Assembly: GCA_964632315.1 (NCBI GenBank)
Contig: CAZWEM010000027.1
Location: 1 to 31,610, forward strand
Direction of reading: 5' to 3'
Length of the DNA: 31,610 nt
Origin: an uncultured archaeon
GTDB taxonomy: Archaea; Asgardarchaeota; Lokiarchaeia; Sigyniarchaeales; SOKP01
Shown here one piece after another: positions 1 through 8,682 of this stretch (its first letter is position 1; every line of letters begins with the position of its first letter). The notes beneath the pieces were generated by a model that was given only the letters and a program-made list of their open reading frames with translations, was not told where the DNA came from and searched no databases. The translations under genes were made by a program, and so were the position numbers.

Positions 1-155
1 GAAAAGCCAGAGGGGGCTCCATTATAACCTGTTGAAAGTATGTGAGAATCTTTAACTAAAACAGCTCCAACTTTTCTTTTTATACACGTAGAACGCAAGG
101 ATACCACTTCTGCAATTTTCATGAAGTAATCGTCTTTAGAGATTCTCTCGTTCAT
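1..155 (-). CDS. dCMP deaminase (CMP/dCMP deaminase zinc-binding family), N-terminal part; runs off the window start
   Basis: Not in the ORF track. Manual translation from ATG at 155: [51 protein letters not shown]. It carries the typical YFM..A...S.RSTC...VGAV...GYNG motif of dCMP deaminases/ComEB. Confidence 0.88.
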   Translation of the reverse strand, partial: MNERISKDDYFMKIAEVVSLRSTCIKRKVGAVLVKDSHILSTGYNGAPSGF

Positions 156-249
156 ATTTTTTCTAAGTAATCACTTTTTTTAAGGTGTAATAATTTTACG
201 AATTTAGTTTGAAAAACTAAATTATTATTAATAAGTAGGAGATAGTATA

Positions 250-1482
250 ATGGTACAAGTTTTTAAGTTTCCTTGGGCGGCGTGGAGAGAACCCGATTAT
301 TTAAAGGTGGAATTTCCAGAAAAATGGGAAGTCTCATTATGCAGAATAAACGCAGCAGATGTTAGAGAACTGTCGAATGAAGAAATCAAGCACGCCATTT
401 TAAATCCCATCGGTAGACCTCGCTTAGCAGAACTTGCAAAGGCCAAAGAATCTGTGGTCATCGTAGTAGATGATATGACGAGAACAACTCAAGCATCAAA
501 AATTTTACCACATATCTTTGATGAGTTAGCCATAGGGGGAATCGAAAAAGAAAATATTAAAATTTTACTGGCCGTGGGGGCCCATAGGCCAATGAATAAG
601 CGAGATTGTGAATTGAAGTTAGGAAAAGAAATTGCCAATAACTATGTGGTTGAAAATCACCATCCATATGAAAATCTCGTAAATCTTGGTGAATCTAAGA
701 TAGGGACTCCAATTGAAGTTAATAAAACATATTACAAGGCAGATCTTAAGATTGCCGTGGGAGGCGTGATCCCTCATCCACTGGCAGGTTTTGGTGGAGG
801 TGCTAAAATTGTGTTACCAGGAGTGTGCGGTATCAAGACTTTAGAAGCAAATCATTCGGCTGGAATGAGAGGTGTTGGAGCAGGGTTAGGAAGAATGACA
901 GAAATAAGAGAAGACATCGAAAATATCGCAGACATTGTAGGGTTGGATTTTTCGGTTAATGTTATCATGAATGAATTAGGAGAAAGTATTCATCTATTTG
1001 CGGGAGATTATAGAGCAGCTCACAGAAAAACAATGGAAGTTGCAAAAGATGCCTATAACACGAAACTTTCAATGAATAATCAAATCTGCTTTTTTAATGC
1101 ATTTCCTGAAGACTCTGAACTGAACCAAGCGTTAAAGTGCCTTAATCTTTTAATGGTCGCGCCCTCTGCGTTATTGGATCGGAAGGGGACAATTGTTTTT
1201 ATGTCATCCGCTTACGAAGGTAAAGGGTATCATAGTCTTATAGCAGAAACGGGTGCAAAATTATTTTCAAATTTTGGAGATATGGTAATCTGGAAAGCAT
1301 TTATAAAAAGAAGAAACGTATTTTTCTTCTCACCAAATGTTAGTGAACAAGATTTATATCATTTTTTCCCCAAATCTGTCAAGCTTGTGAAAAAATGGCA
1401 AGATTTAATAGTCGAACTAGAAAAAATTCATGGAAGCAATCCTAAAGCTTGCATTATTCCAACTAGTATTCAGCTATGTTAA
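250..1482 (+). CDS. LarA-family (nickel-pincer nucleotide) lactate / 2-hydroxy-acid racemase-epimerase homologue
   Basis: Motifs VDDMTR, GAHR, PHPLAGFGGGAKIVLPG and ANH match the conserved Asp/Arg, His, cofactor-binding Lys and Ni-ligand His of LarA. AGGAG RBS just upstream. Confidence 0.85.
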   Translation: MVQVFKFPWAAWREPDYLKVEFPEKWEVSLCRINAADVRELSNEEIKHAILNPIGRPRLAELAKAKESVVIVVDDMTRTTQASKILPHIFDELAIGGIEKENIKILLAVGAHRPMNKRDCELKLGKEIANNYVVENHHPYENLVNLGESKIGTPIEVNKTYYKADLKIAVGGVIPHPLAGFGGGAKIVLPGVCGIKTLEANHSAGMRGVGAGLGRMTEIREDIENIADIVGLDFSVNVIMNELGESIHLFAGDYRAAHRKTMEVAKDAYNTKLSMNNQICFFNAFPEDSELNQALKCLNLLMVAPSALLDRKGTIVFMSSAYEGKGYHSLIAETGAKLFSNFGDMVIWKAFIKRRNVFFFSPNVSEQDLYHFFPKSVKLVKKWQDLIVELEKIHGSNPKACIIPTSIQLC

Positions 1483-1552
1483 GGAGTTACCTCATTTTTA
1501 TTCTAATTTATCATAAAAACTCTAAAAAGTAATAATATGCTATATTAACCAG

Positions 1553-2815
1553 ATGAAGAGAGTAGAATTATTAGCACCAGCTAAAAATCTTAAAGCAATC
1601 AAGGCGGCTTCTAAATATGCTGATTCCGTCTACTTTGGAATTGAAAAGTTTAACATGAGAATGCGCTCTGAAAATATTGCATTAGAAGATTTAGCGAATG
1701 TGGTACATTTTTGCCACGACAAAGGTTTGAAGGCATATCTAGCTACAAATATTCTAATTTATGATAATGAATTGAGTTATTTACGAGAAATTTTGGAAAA
1801 AGCTAAAGATGTCAATATGGATGCAGTTATTGTACATGATCTTGCGGCATTAGAAATAGCAAAACAACTTGGATTAAATTTTCACATTTCCACTCAATGC
1901 AATGTTTCAAACTCATTATCAGCAAAATTCTATGAAAATCTGGGTGCGGAAAGAATTATACTAGCAAGAGAGCTTTCTTTGGAGAAAATTAAAGAGATTA
2001 AACGAAATTTAGCTACTACAGAAGTTGAGACGTTTATTCATGGAGCAATGTGTACGTCTGTAAGTGGGCGTTGCTACTTTTCACAAGATATTTGTGGAAC
2101 GGAAGAAAAATCAGCAAACAGGGGCAGTTGTATTCAACCTTGTCGGAGAAGGTGGTGGGTACGAGGAGAATCTGGAAATGAATATATATATGATGGAACT
2201 CGATTCATGAATTCGAGGGATTTATGCACGATAGCTTATATTCCAGATTTGATCGAGGCTAATATTGATGCGTTTAAAATAGAAGGAAGAATGAGACATC
2301 CCCACTATGTCGAGACTGTGTCAAGAGTATACCGAGAAGCTATTGAAGCTTATTATGATAATACATTCTCTGAAAAGAAGGCTGGGGGATGGGTAACTGA
2401 ATTAAAAAAAGTCTATAATAGGGGATTCACCCCTGGATTTTACTTTAAAAGGATGACTGAAGAGGATCATCAGCATAATTCACCTTCAAATTTATCTCAT
2501 TATCGTTATATTCGAGTTGGGAATATAATGTCATATAATCAAAATTCGGGGTTTGCTGAAGTGTCTCTAAACAATGGATACATTACCGCTAAGGATGATG
2601 TTATAATAATGGGTAAAAAGAATGATACATATGTCCATCAGATAGCGAATCTGCTAAGATATAAAGGAAAAGTAGTGGAAAAAACTCCACGAGGGACAAA
2701 AAAAGGAAATATTATTATTGAATTAAAACTTAAAGAACCAATCGTAGGAAATCCTACAGAAAGGGTGTACGTTTTTACAGACAAGACTTATTTTAAGAAA
2801 GAATACTCACTTTGA
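1553..2815 (+). CDS. Peptidase U32 family Fe-S protein (TrhP/RlhA-like RNA hydroxylation protein)
   Basis: ELLAPA N-terminus, ADSVYFG, HISTQ, ILAREL, FIHGAMCTSVSGRC and NRGSCIQPCR (four Cys), FKIEGR. Confidence 0.88.
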   Translation: MKRVELLAPAKNLKAIKAASKYADSVYFGIEKFNMRMRSENIALEDLANVVHFCHDKGLKAYLATNILIYDNELSYLREILEKAKDVNMDAVIVHDLAALEIAKQLGLNFHISTQCNVSNSLSAKFYENLGAERIILARELSLEKIKEIKRNLATTEVETFIHGAMCTSVSGRCYFSQDICGTEEKSANRGSCIQPCRRRWWVRGESGNEYIYDGTRFMNSRDLCTIAYIPDLIEANIDAFKIEGRMRHPHYVETVSRVYREAIEAYYDNTFSEKKAGGWVTELKKVYNRGFTPGFYFKRMTEEDHQHNSPSNLSHYRYIRVGNIMSYNQNSGFAEVSLNNGYITAKDDVIIMGKKNDTYVHQIANLLRYKGKVVEKTPRGTKKGNIIIELKLKEPIVGNPTERVYVFTDKTYFKKEYSL

Positions 2816-2883
2816 ACTGAAAGAAATATTAATTTTGCAATCTTCTCATAGTTTAATATACTAAATTCAGAAAAGTTTTTTAT

Positions 2884-3792
2884 ATGGAAAAAAAAATTGT
2901 TGAGTCTGTACCAAATTTCAGTGAAGGAACAGACGGAGAAATAGTTGAAAAAATTGTGGCGCAAATCCGAAATACTCCTGAGACTAGAATTGTTGATGTA
3001 CAATATGATTCTAATTATAATAGGGCAGTAGTCACCTTCGTTGGTACTCCTGAAGCAGTATTACATGCAAACGTTTCAGCAGCTAAAAAAGCTATAGAAT
3101 TGATTGATATGAATAAACATAAGGGACAACATCCTCGTATAGGTGCAGTGGATGTGGTACCATTCGTTCCAGCTCAAAATATCTCCATAAATGAATGTGT
3201 AGAATTATCAATCAAATTTGCAGAAGAAATGGCTAAAGAAAATGTGCCCGTATACTTATACGAAGAGTCTGCTAAAAGTCTTGAAAGAAAAAATATCGAT
3301 AATATTAGAATAGGAGAATTCGAGGAATTAAAAGAAACTATCAAAACTGATCCCAGTAGGAAACCCGATTATGGGCCCTCTGAATTTCATCCCACAGCAG
3401 GAGCCATTATCACAGGAGCAAGACAACCACTTATCAGTTTTAACATAAACTTAGGAACTAAGGACGTTCAAATCGCGAAAAAAGTTGCAAAAGCGATTCA
3501 TTTGAAATCAGGAGGCTTAGTGAATGTTAAAGCAATGGGGACGGTATTAGAAGGGAAAGATTACGTTCAAGTGGGAATCAGCAACATAAATTATAAAAAA
3601 ACCCCTCTATACCGACAAATCGAGCTAGTAAGAATTGAAGCTGCAAGGTTTGGAGTTACAATCATAGGAACTGAACTTATTGGAGTAATGCCATTAGGAG
3701 CAGTGTTGAATTCTGTAGAATATTATCTCCAACTTGCAAAACCTGAAAAACTCGAAAGGACTCACTTACTAGAAAGCTACTTTGATTTTTAA
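2884..3792 (+). CDS. ftcD: Glutamate formiminotransferase (stand-alone FT domain)
   Basis: VESVPNFSEG N-terminus, HKGQHPRIGAVDVVPFVP, VPVYLYE, GARQPLI, ELIGVMP. Adjacent to the hut genes. Confidence 0.92.
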   Translation: MEKKIVESVPNFSEGTDGEIVEKIVAQIRNTPETRIVDVQYDSNYNRAVVTFVGTPEAVLHANVSAAKKAIELIDMNKHKGQHPRIGAVDVVPFVPAQNISINECVELSIKFAEEMAKENVPVYLYEESAKSLERKNIDNIRIGEFEELKETIKTDPSRKPDYGPSEFHPTAGAIITGARQPLISFNINLGTKDVQIAKKVAKAIHLKSGGLVNVKAMGTVLEGKDYVQVGISNINYKKTPLYRQIELVRIEAARFGVTIIGTELIGVMPLGAVLNSVEYYLQLAKPEKLERTHLLESYFDF

Positions 3793-5057
3793 TTGTCCAC
3801 TATAATCTTTCCATTTTTTATTACTTTATTTATCAAGTTAACTCCAAATTGATACGCTAAGAAGTCATGATTTGGCACGTCAAAAATGATAATATCTGCT
3901 TTCTTTCCAACTTCTAAACTTCCAATCCGATCTTGGCGTTGGATGGCGCATGCAGCGTTAAGTGTAGCAGCAGTAAGGGCTTCTGCTGGTTTCATCTTCA
4001 TATTATAGCATGATAAAGCTATTATCATTAACATTGACTCCGTCCAGCAATTGGGATTTAAATCAGTAGCTATTGCGACTGGAATCTCTAATCCAATCAT
4101 CTTTCTTGCTGGAGCATAATCTTGTAACATCAAACAAAAAGGAGTGCCCGGTAACAACGTGGCAATTGTTTTGGCGTTGGCCATTTTTTTAAGACCATCA
4201 TCATTTGATTTAAGCAAATGTCCAGTTTGTATCGCTCCAATCTCAACTGCGAGAGAAGCTCCGTTTGTATCATATATCTCATCTATATGAACCTGCGGTT
4301 TTAAACCCATCTCTTTAGCGGCTTGAATTATTTTCCTTGTTTGAAGAATGGAAAAAATCCCTTGTTCACAAAAAACATCGCAAAATTCCGCCAAATTTTC
4401 TCTTGATATTCTTGGGAGCATCTCGTTAATGATTAAATCCACATATCCATCTGGATTGTCTTTAAATTCGGGAGGAATAGCATGAGCACCTAAAAAAGTA
4501 GATATGATGTCAATTGGATGAATTTTATTCAATTCACGTGCAGCTTTTAGAGATTTTATCTCATCTTCTACAGTTAATCCATAACCAGACTTTGCTTCTA
4601 CAGTGGTGGTTCCATATTGTATCATTTTGTCTAAAATTTTTTTTCCGTTCTGGATTAATTTCTCTAATGATGCTTTTCTCGTAGCTCGAACAGTTTTGAG
4701 AATTCCTCCTCCTGTTTCAAGAATTTCAAGGTAAGTTTTTCCAGCTAACTTCATCTCAAGTTCTTTTTCACGAGAACCGTCAAATATAATATGAGTATGA
4801 GGATCAACGAATCCCGGTGTTACTAATTTATTTTCAGCATCTATAATGCAAGGGATTTCTTTAATATCATAGATTTTAAGCATTTCTTCTGTTTTACCAA
4901 CAAAAATAATATTGCCCTTTTGAACAGCTAGGGCACCATTTTTTATTATTGCTAAATTTGACATAGCTGAACCAGTACGAGGACTCCCGTATTTAGAGTC
5001 TAAAGTTGCAAGTTCACTTGCATTGATAATGACAAGATCAGGTTTAATATCTGACAT
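3789..5057 (-). CDS. hutI: Imidazolonepropionase
   Basis: PGFVDPHTH, GGGILKTV, EAKSGYGL, FLGAHA, CDVFCE, ATDLNP amidohydrolase motifs. Follows hutU-hutH. Confidence 0.95.
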   Translation of the reverse strand: MSDIKPDLVIINASELATLDSKYGSPRTGSAMSNLAIIKNGALAVQKGNIIFVGKTEEMLKIYDIKEIPCIIDAENKLVTPGFVDPHTHIIFDGSREKELEMKLAGKTYLEILETGGGILKTVRATRKASLEKLIQNGKKILDKMIQYGTTTVEAKSGYGLTVEDEIKSLKAARELNKIHPIDIISTFLGAHAIPPEFKDNPDGYVDLIINEMLPRISRENLAEFCDVFCEQGIFSILQTRKIIQAAKEMGLKPQVHIDEIYDTNGASLAVEIGAIQTGHLLKSNDDGLKKMANAKTIATLLPGTPFCLMLQDYAPARKMIGLEIPVAIATDLNPNCWTESMLMIIALSCYNMKMKPAEALTAATLNAACAIQRQDRIGSLEVGKKADIIIFDVPNHDFLAYQFGVNLINKVIKNGKIIVDN

Positions 5058-5059
5058 AT

Positions 5060-6574
5060 TTATTTGAGCTTATTGTAAATTTCTAATATTTTTTTTGACC
5101 TAATTATTTCAACACATTGGTTTATTAAAGGAGATAACTCAGTATCATCTAAAACGTGTGGGATTCTTTCACGTATATGCTTGTGAACTTCTTCAAGGAT
5201 TTTACTAGAAGTAAGGGGACGTCGAAAATCGAATGCTTGAGCAGCACATAATAATTCTATCGCGAGAATCACTTCAAGATTGATTATTGCTTTGAGAGCT
5301 TTCCTTGCACTAATTGATCCCATGCTTACGTGATCTTCTTGACCCATAGAGGTCGGAATACTATCAGCACTCGCAGGAAAACACATTGATTTATTTTCGC
5401 TAACAAGGGCTGCAGAACAATATTGTGCGATCATGAAGCCAGAATTCAGCCCTGACTCCTTAATTAAATAAGGCGGTAAACCCCATTTACCCTCTAAAAG
5501 CAAATATGTACGTCTATCTGAAATATTTCCCAACTCTGAAGCAGCTAAGTTAACATAATCTAAGGGTAAAGCAAGAGGCTGACCATGGAAATTTCCTCCA
5601 CTAATTGCCGTTTGATTGTCAAAAACAATGGGATTATCCGTAACAGAGTTTAATTCTCTTTCTAATATTTCAATAAAGTGAGAAAAAGCATCTCGTGAGG
5701 CACCGTGTACTTGTGGTATGCATCTTATTGAGTATGGGTCTTGAACTCTTTCACACGTAGCATGCGATTCTACGAATTTGGAATTTTCTAGGCACTTACT
5801 AACCCTCTTAGCCACAAACTTAGCACCGGGATGTGGCCTTAAATCAATCAACCTTTCTTTAAAGGGTTGTGGAGATGCTAAATAACCTTCTAAAGTCATC
5901 GCACCAATTATATCTGCATGTTCTAGACAATTTAAAAATCTATCAGCCACAAATACAGCATTTGCTGCGATGAACTGCGTTCCATTAATCAAGGCTAACC
6001 CTTCTTTTGCTTTTAATTGAAGAGGGGCTAAGTTAAATTGATCCAATAATCCTGCACTTTTTTTGTAATTTTTCCCATCTCCAGTTAGATAACCAAGTCC
6101 GATTAATGGTAAAAATAAATGAGCAAGAGGAGCTAAATCTCCTGAAGCACCTACCGAACCTTTTTCTGGTACTTTGGGTATGACATCATTCTGGATATGC
6201 CATAAAATCCTATCAACTACCTGTTCTGAAACGCCAGAAAATCCCATGCTTAAAGCTTGGAGTTTGAGGATTAACATTAGTTTTGCAATCTCAACTTTAA
6301 CCGTATCTCCCACTCCCACGCTATGACTCTTCAGAAGATTTTCCTGTAACCGTCCAGTTTCTTCCTTTGAAATACGTGTAGTGCATAAAGAACCAAATCC
6401 CGTATTTATACTGTAGATTAATTTTTCTCCATTCGCCATTTCTTTTACGTTATTACAGCTATTCTTAATTCTTAATCGAACTTCATCATTTAGAATCCCT
6501 TTCAATTCTCCTTTAACAAGTTGGATCGCAAGTTCGACTGTTAAGTGATCTATTCCATATCTAAATTCTTTCAT
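5060..6574 (-). CDS. hutH: Histidine ammonia-lyase
   Basis: YSINTGFG, MIO-forming GASGDLAPLAH, KEGLALINGTQ, QDPYSIRC, GGNFHG, QEDHVSMG. Confidence 0.96.
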   Translation of the reverse strand: MKEFRYGIDHLTVELAIQLVKGELKGILNDEVRLRIKNSCNNVKEMANGEKLIYSINTGFGSLCTTRISKEETGRLQENLLKSHSVGVGDTVKVEIAKLMLILKLQALSMGFSGVSEQVVDRILWHIQNDVIPKVPEKGSVGASGDLAPLAHLFLPLIGLGYLTGDGKNYKKSAGLLDQFNLAPLQLKAKEGLALINGTQFIAANAVFVADRFLNCLEHADIIGAMTLEGYLASPQPFKERLIDLRPHPGAKFVAKRVSKCLENSKFVESHATCERVQDPYSIRCIPQVHGASRDAFSHFIEILERELNSVTDNPIVFDNQTAISGGNFHGQPLALPLDYVNLAASELGNISDRRTYLLLEGKWGLPPYLIKESGLNSGFMIAQYCSAALVSENKSMCFPASADSIPTSMGQEDHVSMGSISARKALKAIINLEVILAIELLCAAQAFDFRRPLTSSKILEEVHKHIRERIPHVLDDTELSPLINQCVEIIRSKKILEIYNKLK

Positions 6575-6588
6575 ATTTCTTGACTAAT

Positions 6589-8598
6589 TTATTTATTTAA
6601 GTACTTATCAATTACATCATTCAAAAACTCATCATTACTCAAAAATGGCAAGGTAATTTGGCCTCTATTTTCATTCTTTTTATTCCAAGCATAAGCAATT
6701 TCCATAGCGTTTTTATTTCTTGCCCAAGCCCTCCGAGATACTCCACAATTTACGTCCCATTCAATTCCAGATCTAATAATGCTATTAACACGCTCAGAAC
6801 CATCAAGGACTAAACCAAAACCGCCATTAATAGCTTTACTTGTCCCAACGCCTCCACCATTTGATAATACGCACATTGTCATACCTCGGGCTATATTACC
6901 CGCCCAACAATGATGAGCCATATCAGACATGATATTACTCCCATCCTTGATATTAGATGTTTCTCGAAAAGGAGAATCTGTTCCTCCAGTATCATGATGA
7001 TCCCTACCTAACATTATCGGTCCAACTTCCCCTTTCTGTACCAACTGATTGAATTTAAGGGCTATTTTAACACGAGTTTCCATATCAGCATATAAAATGC
7101 GTGCTTCAGAACCAACGACTAAGTTATTCTGTTCAGCAGTCTTAATCCAATACCAGTTGTCTCGATCTTGCGCCCTACGATTCGGATCTATGGCTTCTAA
7201 AGCAGATTGATCCGTTTTGATCAAGTCATCGTGCTTTAGACTTAAACACACCCATCTAAAAGGGCCATAACCATAATCAAAACATATGGGACCCATTATA
7301 TCTTCCACATAACTCGGAAAGATAAATCCATTTTTTGGATCTTCCTCAATTGCTATGTCTTTTGCTCCTGCGTCAAAGACTGCTTTAAGAAAAGAATTTC
7401 CATAATCCCAAAATTTTGTCCCTCTTTGATTCATTGATTTAATAAGGTGATAGTGTTTGATTAAGGATGCATTTACTAAATCTTTGAATTTTTCTCTATC
7501 ATTCTTCAGTAATTCTCTGCCCTCTTCAAAAGAAATTCCTGCTGGAGTATATCCACCTTCATAGACAGCATGACAAGAGGTTTGATCTGAAGCTAATTCA
7601 ACGGGAATCTCATTATCCACAACATATTGCCATAAGTCAATAATATTTCCATGATAAGCTATGGAAATGGGTTCTTGACTTTTTCTATATCGATTAACGA
7701 TATTAAAAACTTCTTCTAAGTTGTCAGATACCTTACTGACCCATCCTTGATCATATCGAGTCTTAATTCTAGAATAATCTACTTCTGCGATAACACCAAT
7801 TCCTCCTGCGATTTCTACTGCCTTTGCTTGAGCACCGCTCATACCTCCTAAACCAGAACTAAGGTATAATTTTCCTTTTAACCCTTCCACAGCGGGAATA
7901 TTCAAATACAACCTTCCAGCATTTAATAACGTTATGTATGTACCATGCACTATTCCTTGAGGTCCAATATACATCCACCCTCCAGCGGTCATCTGACCAT
8001 AATTCGCTATTCCTAACGCAGTGGCACGGTGAAAATCTGAAGGCGTGTCATACATCCCAACCATTAACCCATTAGTCATGATGACTCGTGGGGCATCTCT
8101 CTTATTTGGATAGATTCCAAGAGGATGCCCAGATATGACAACCAATGTTTGGTCTTCATTTAACACTTCTAAATACTTTGTAATAAGCTGGTATTGCATC
8201 CAATTTTGACACACTTGCCCACTTTCTCCATATGTAACCAATTCGTATGGATACAATGCAACATCAAAATCTAAATTATTATCAATCATCAATTGTATTG
8301 CTCTAGCTTCTAATATCCCTTTATATTGACCTACCGGTCTTGCTTTTATTTCACCAGGTGGTCGATACCGATATCCATAAATTCTTCCTCTTGAAGCAAG
8401 TTCCTCCATGAATTCTGGTGCTAACTTTTCATGTAATTGACTTGGTATATACCTTAATGCGTTTTTTAAGGCAACTATGGTATCTTGATGATTTAAATCA
8501 TATCCTCTATTAGGAGCCCTTCGGATACCTTCCTTAAATGAGGGATACTCAGGAAGCTCATCCGATAATTTAATTTTCATCGCAGATGAGACATTCAT
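6589..8598 (-). CDS. hutU: Urocanate hydratase, long (~670 aa) type
   Basis: NNLD, ELVTYG, YGQMTAGGWMYIGPQGIVHGT, GLGGMSGAQ, SDQTSCH, GRDHHD. Confidence 0.96.
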   Translation of the reverse strand: MNVSSAMKIKLSDELPEYPSFKEGIRRAPNRGYDLNHQDTIVALKNALRYIPSQLHEKLAPEFMEELASRGRIYGYRYRPPGEIKARPVGQYKGILEARAIQLMIDNNLDFDVALYPYELVTYGESGQVCQNWMQYQLITKYLEVLNEDQTLVVISGHPLGIYPNKRDAPRVIMTNGLMVGMYDTPSDFHRATALGIANYGQMTAGGWMYIGPQGIVHGTYITLLNAGRLYLNIPAVEGLKGKLYLSSGLGGMSGAQAKAVEIAGGIGVIAEVDYSRIKTRYDQGWVSKVSDNLEEVFNIVNRYRKSQEPISIAYHGNIIDLWQYVVDNEIPVELASDQTSCHAVYEGGYTPAGISFEEGRELLKNDREKFKDLVNASLIKHYHLIKSMNQRGTKFWDYGNSFLKAVFDAGAKDIAIEEDPKNGFIFPSYVEDIMGPICFDYGYGPFRWVCLSLKHDDLIKTDQSALEAIDPNRRAQDRDNWYWIKTAEQNNLVVGSEARILYADMETRVKIALKFNQLVQKGEVGPIMLGRDHHDTGGTDSPFRETSNIKDGSNIMSDMAHHCWAGNIARGMTMCVLSNGGGVGTSKAINGGFGLVLDGSERVNSIIRSGIEWDVNCGVSRRAWARNKNAMEIAYAWNKKNENRGQITLPFLSNDEFLNDVIDKYLNK

Positions 8599-8620
8599 AA
8601 TGTAAACTAACTCTAATTCG

Positions 8621-8635
8621 TATTTAAACTTTTAA
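8621..8635 (-). promoter_or_regulatory. Putative BRE-TATA promoter of hutU-hutH-hutI (likely leaderless mRNA)
   Basis: Minus strand reads TTAAAAG-TTTAAATA. The TATA box (8621-8628) ends 22 nt before the hutU ATG (8598), and no SD is visible. Confidence 0.55.
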
Positions 8636-8682
8636 GAAGTCAAATAAACTAAAGAAAAAGGGATTTATAAAATTAGATAAGA

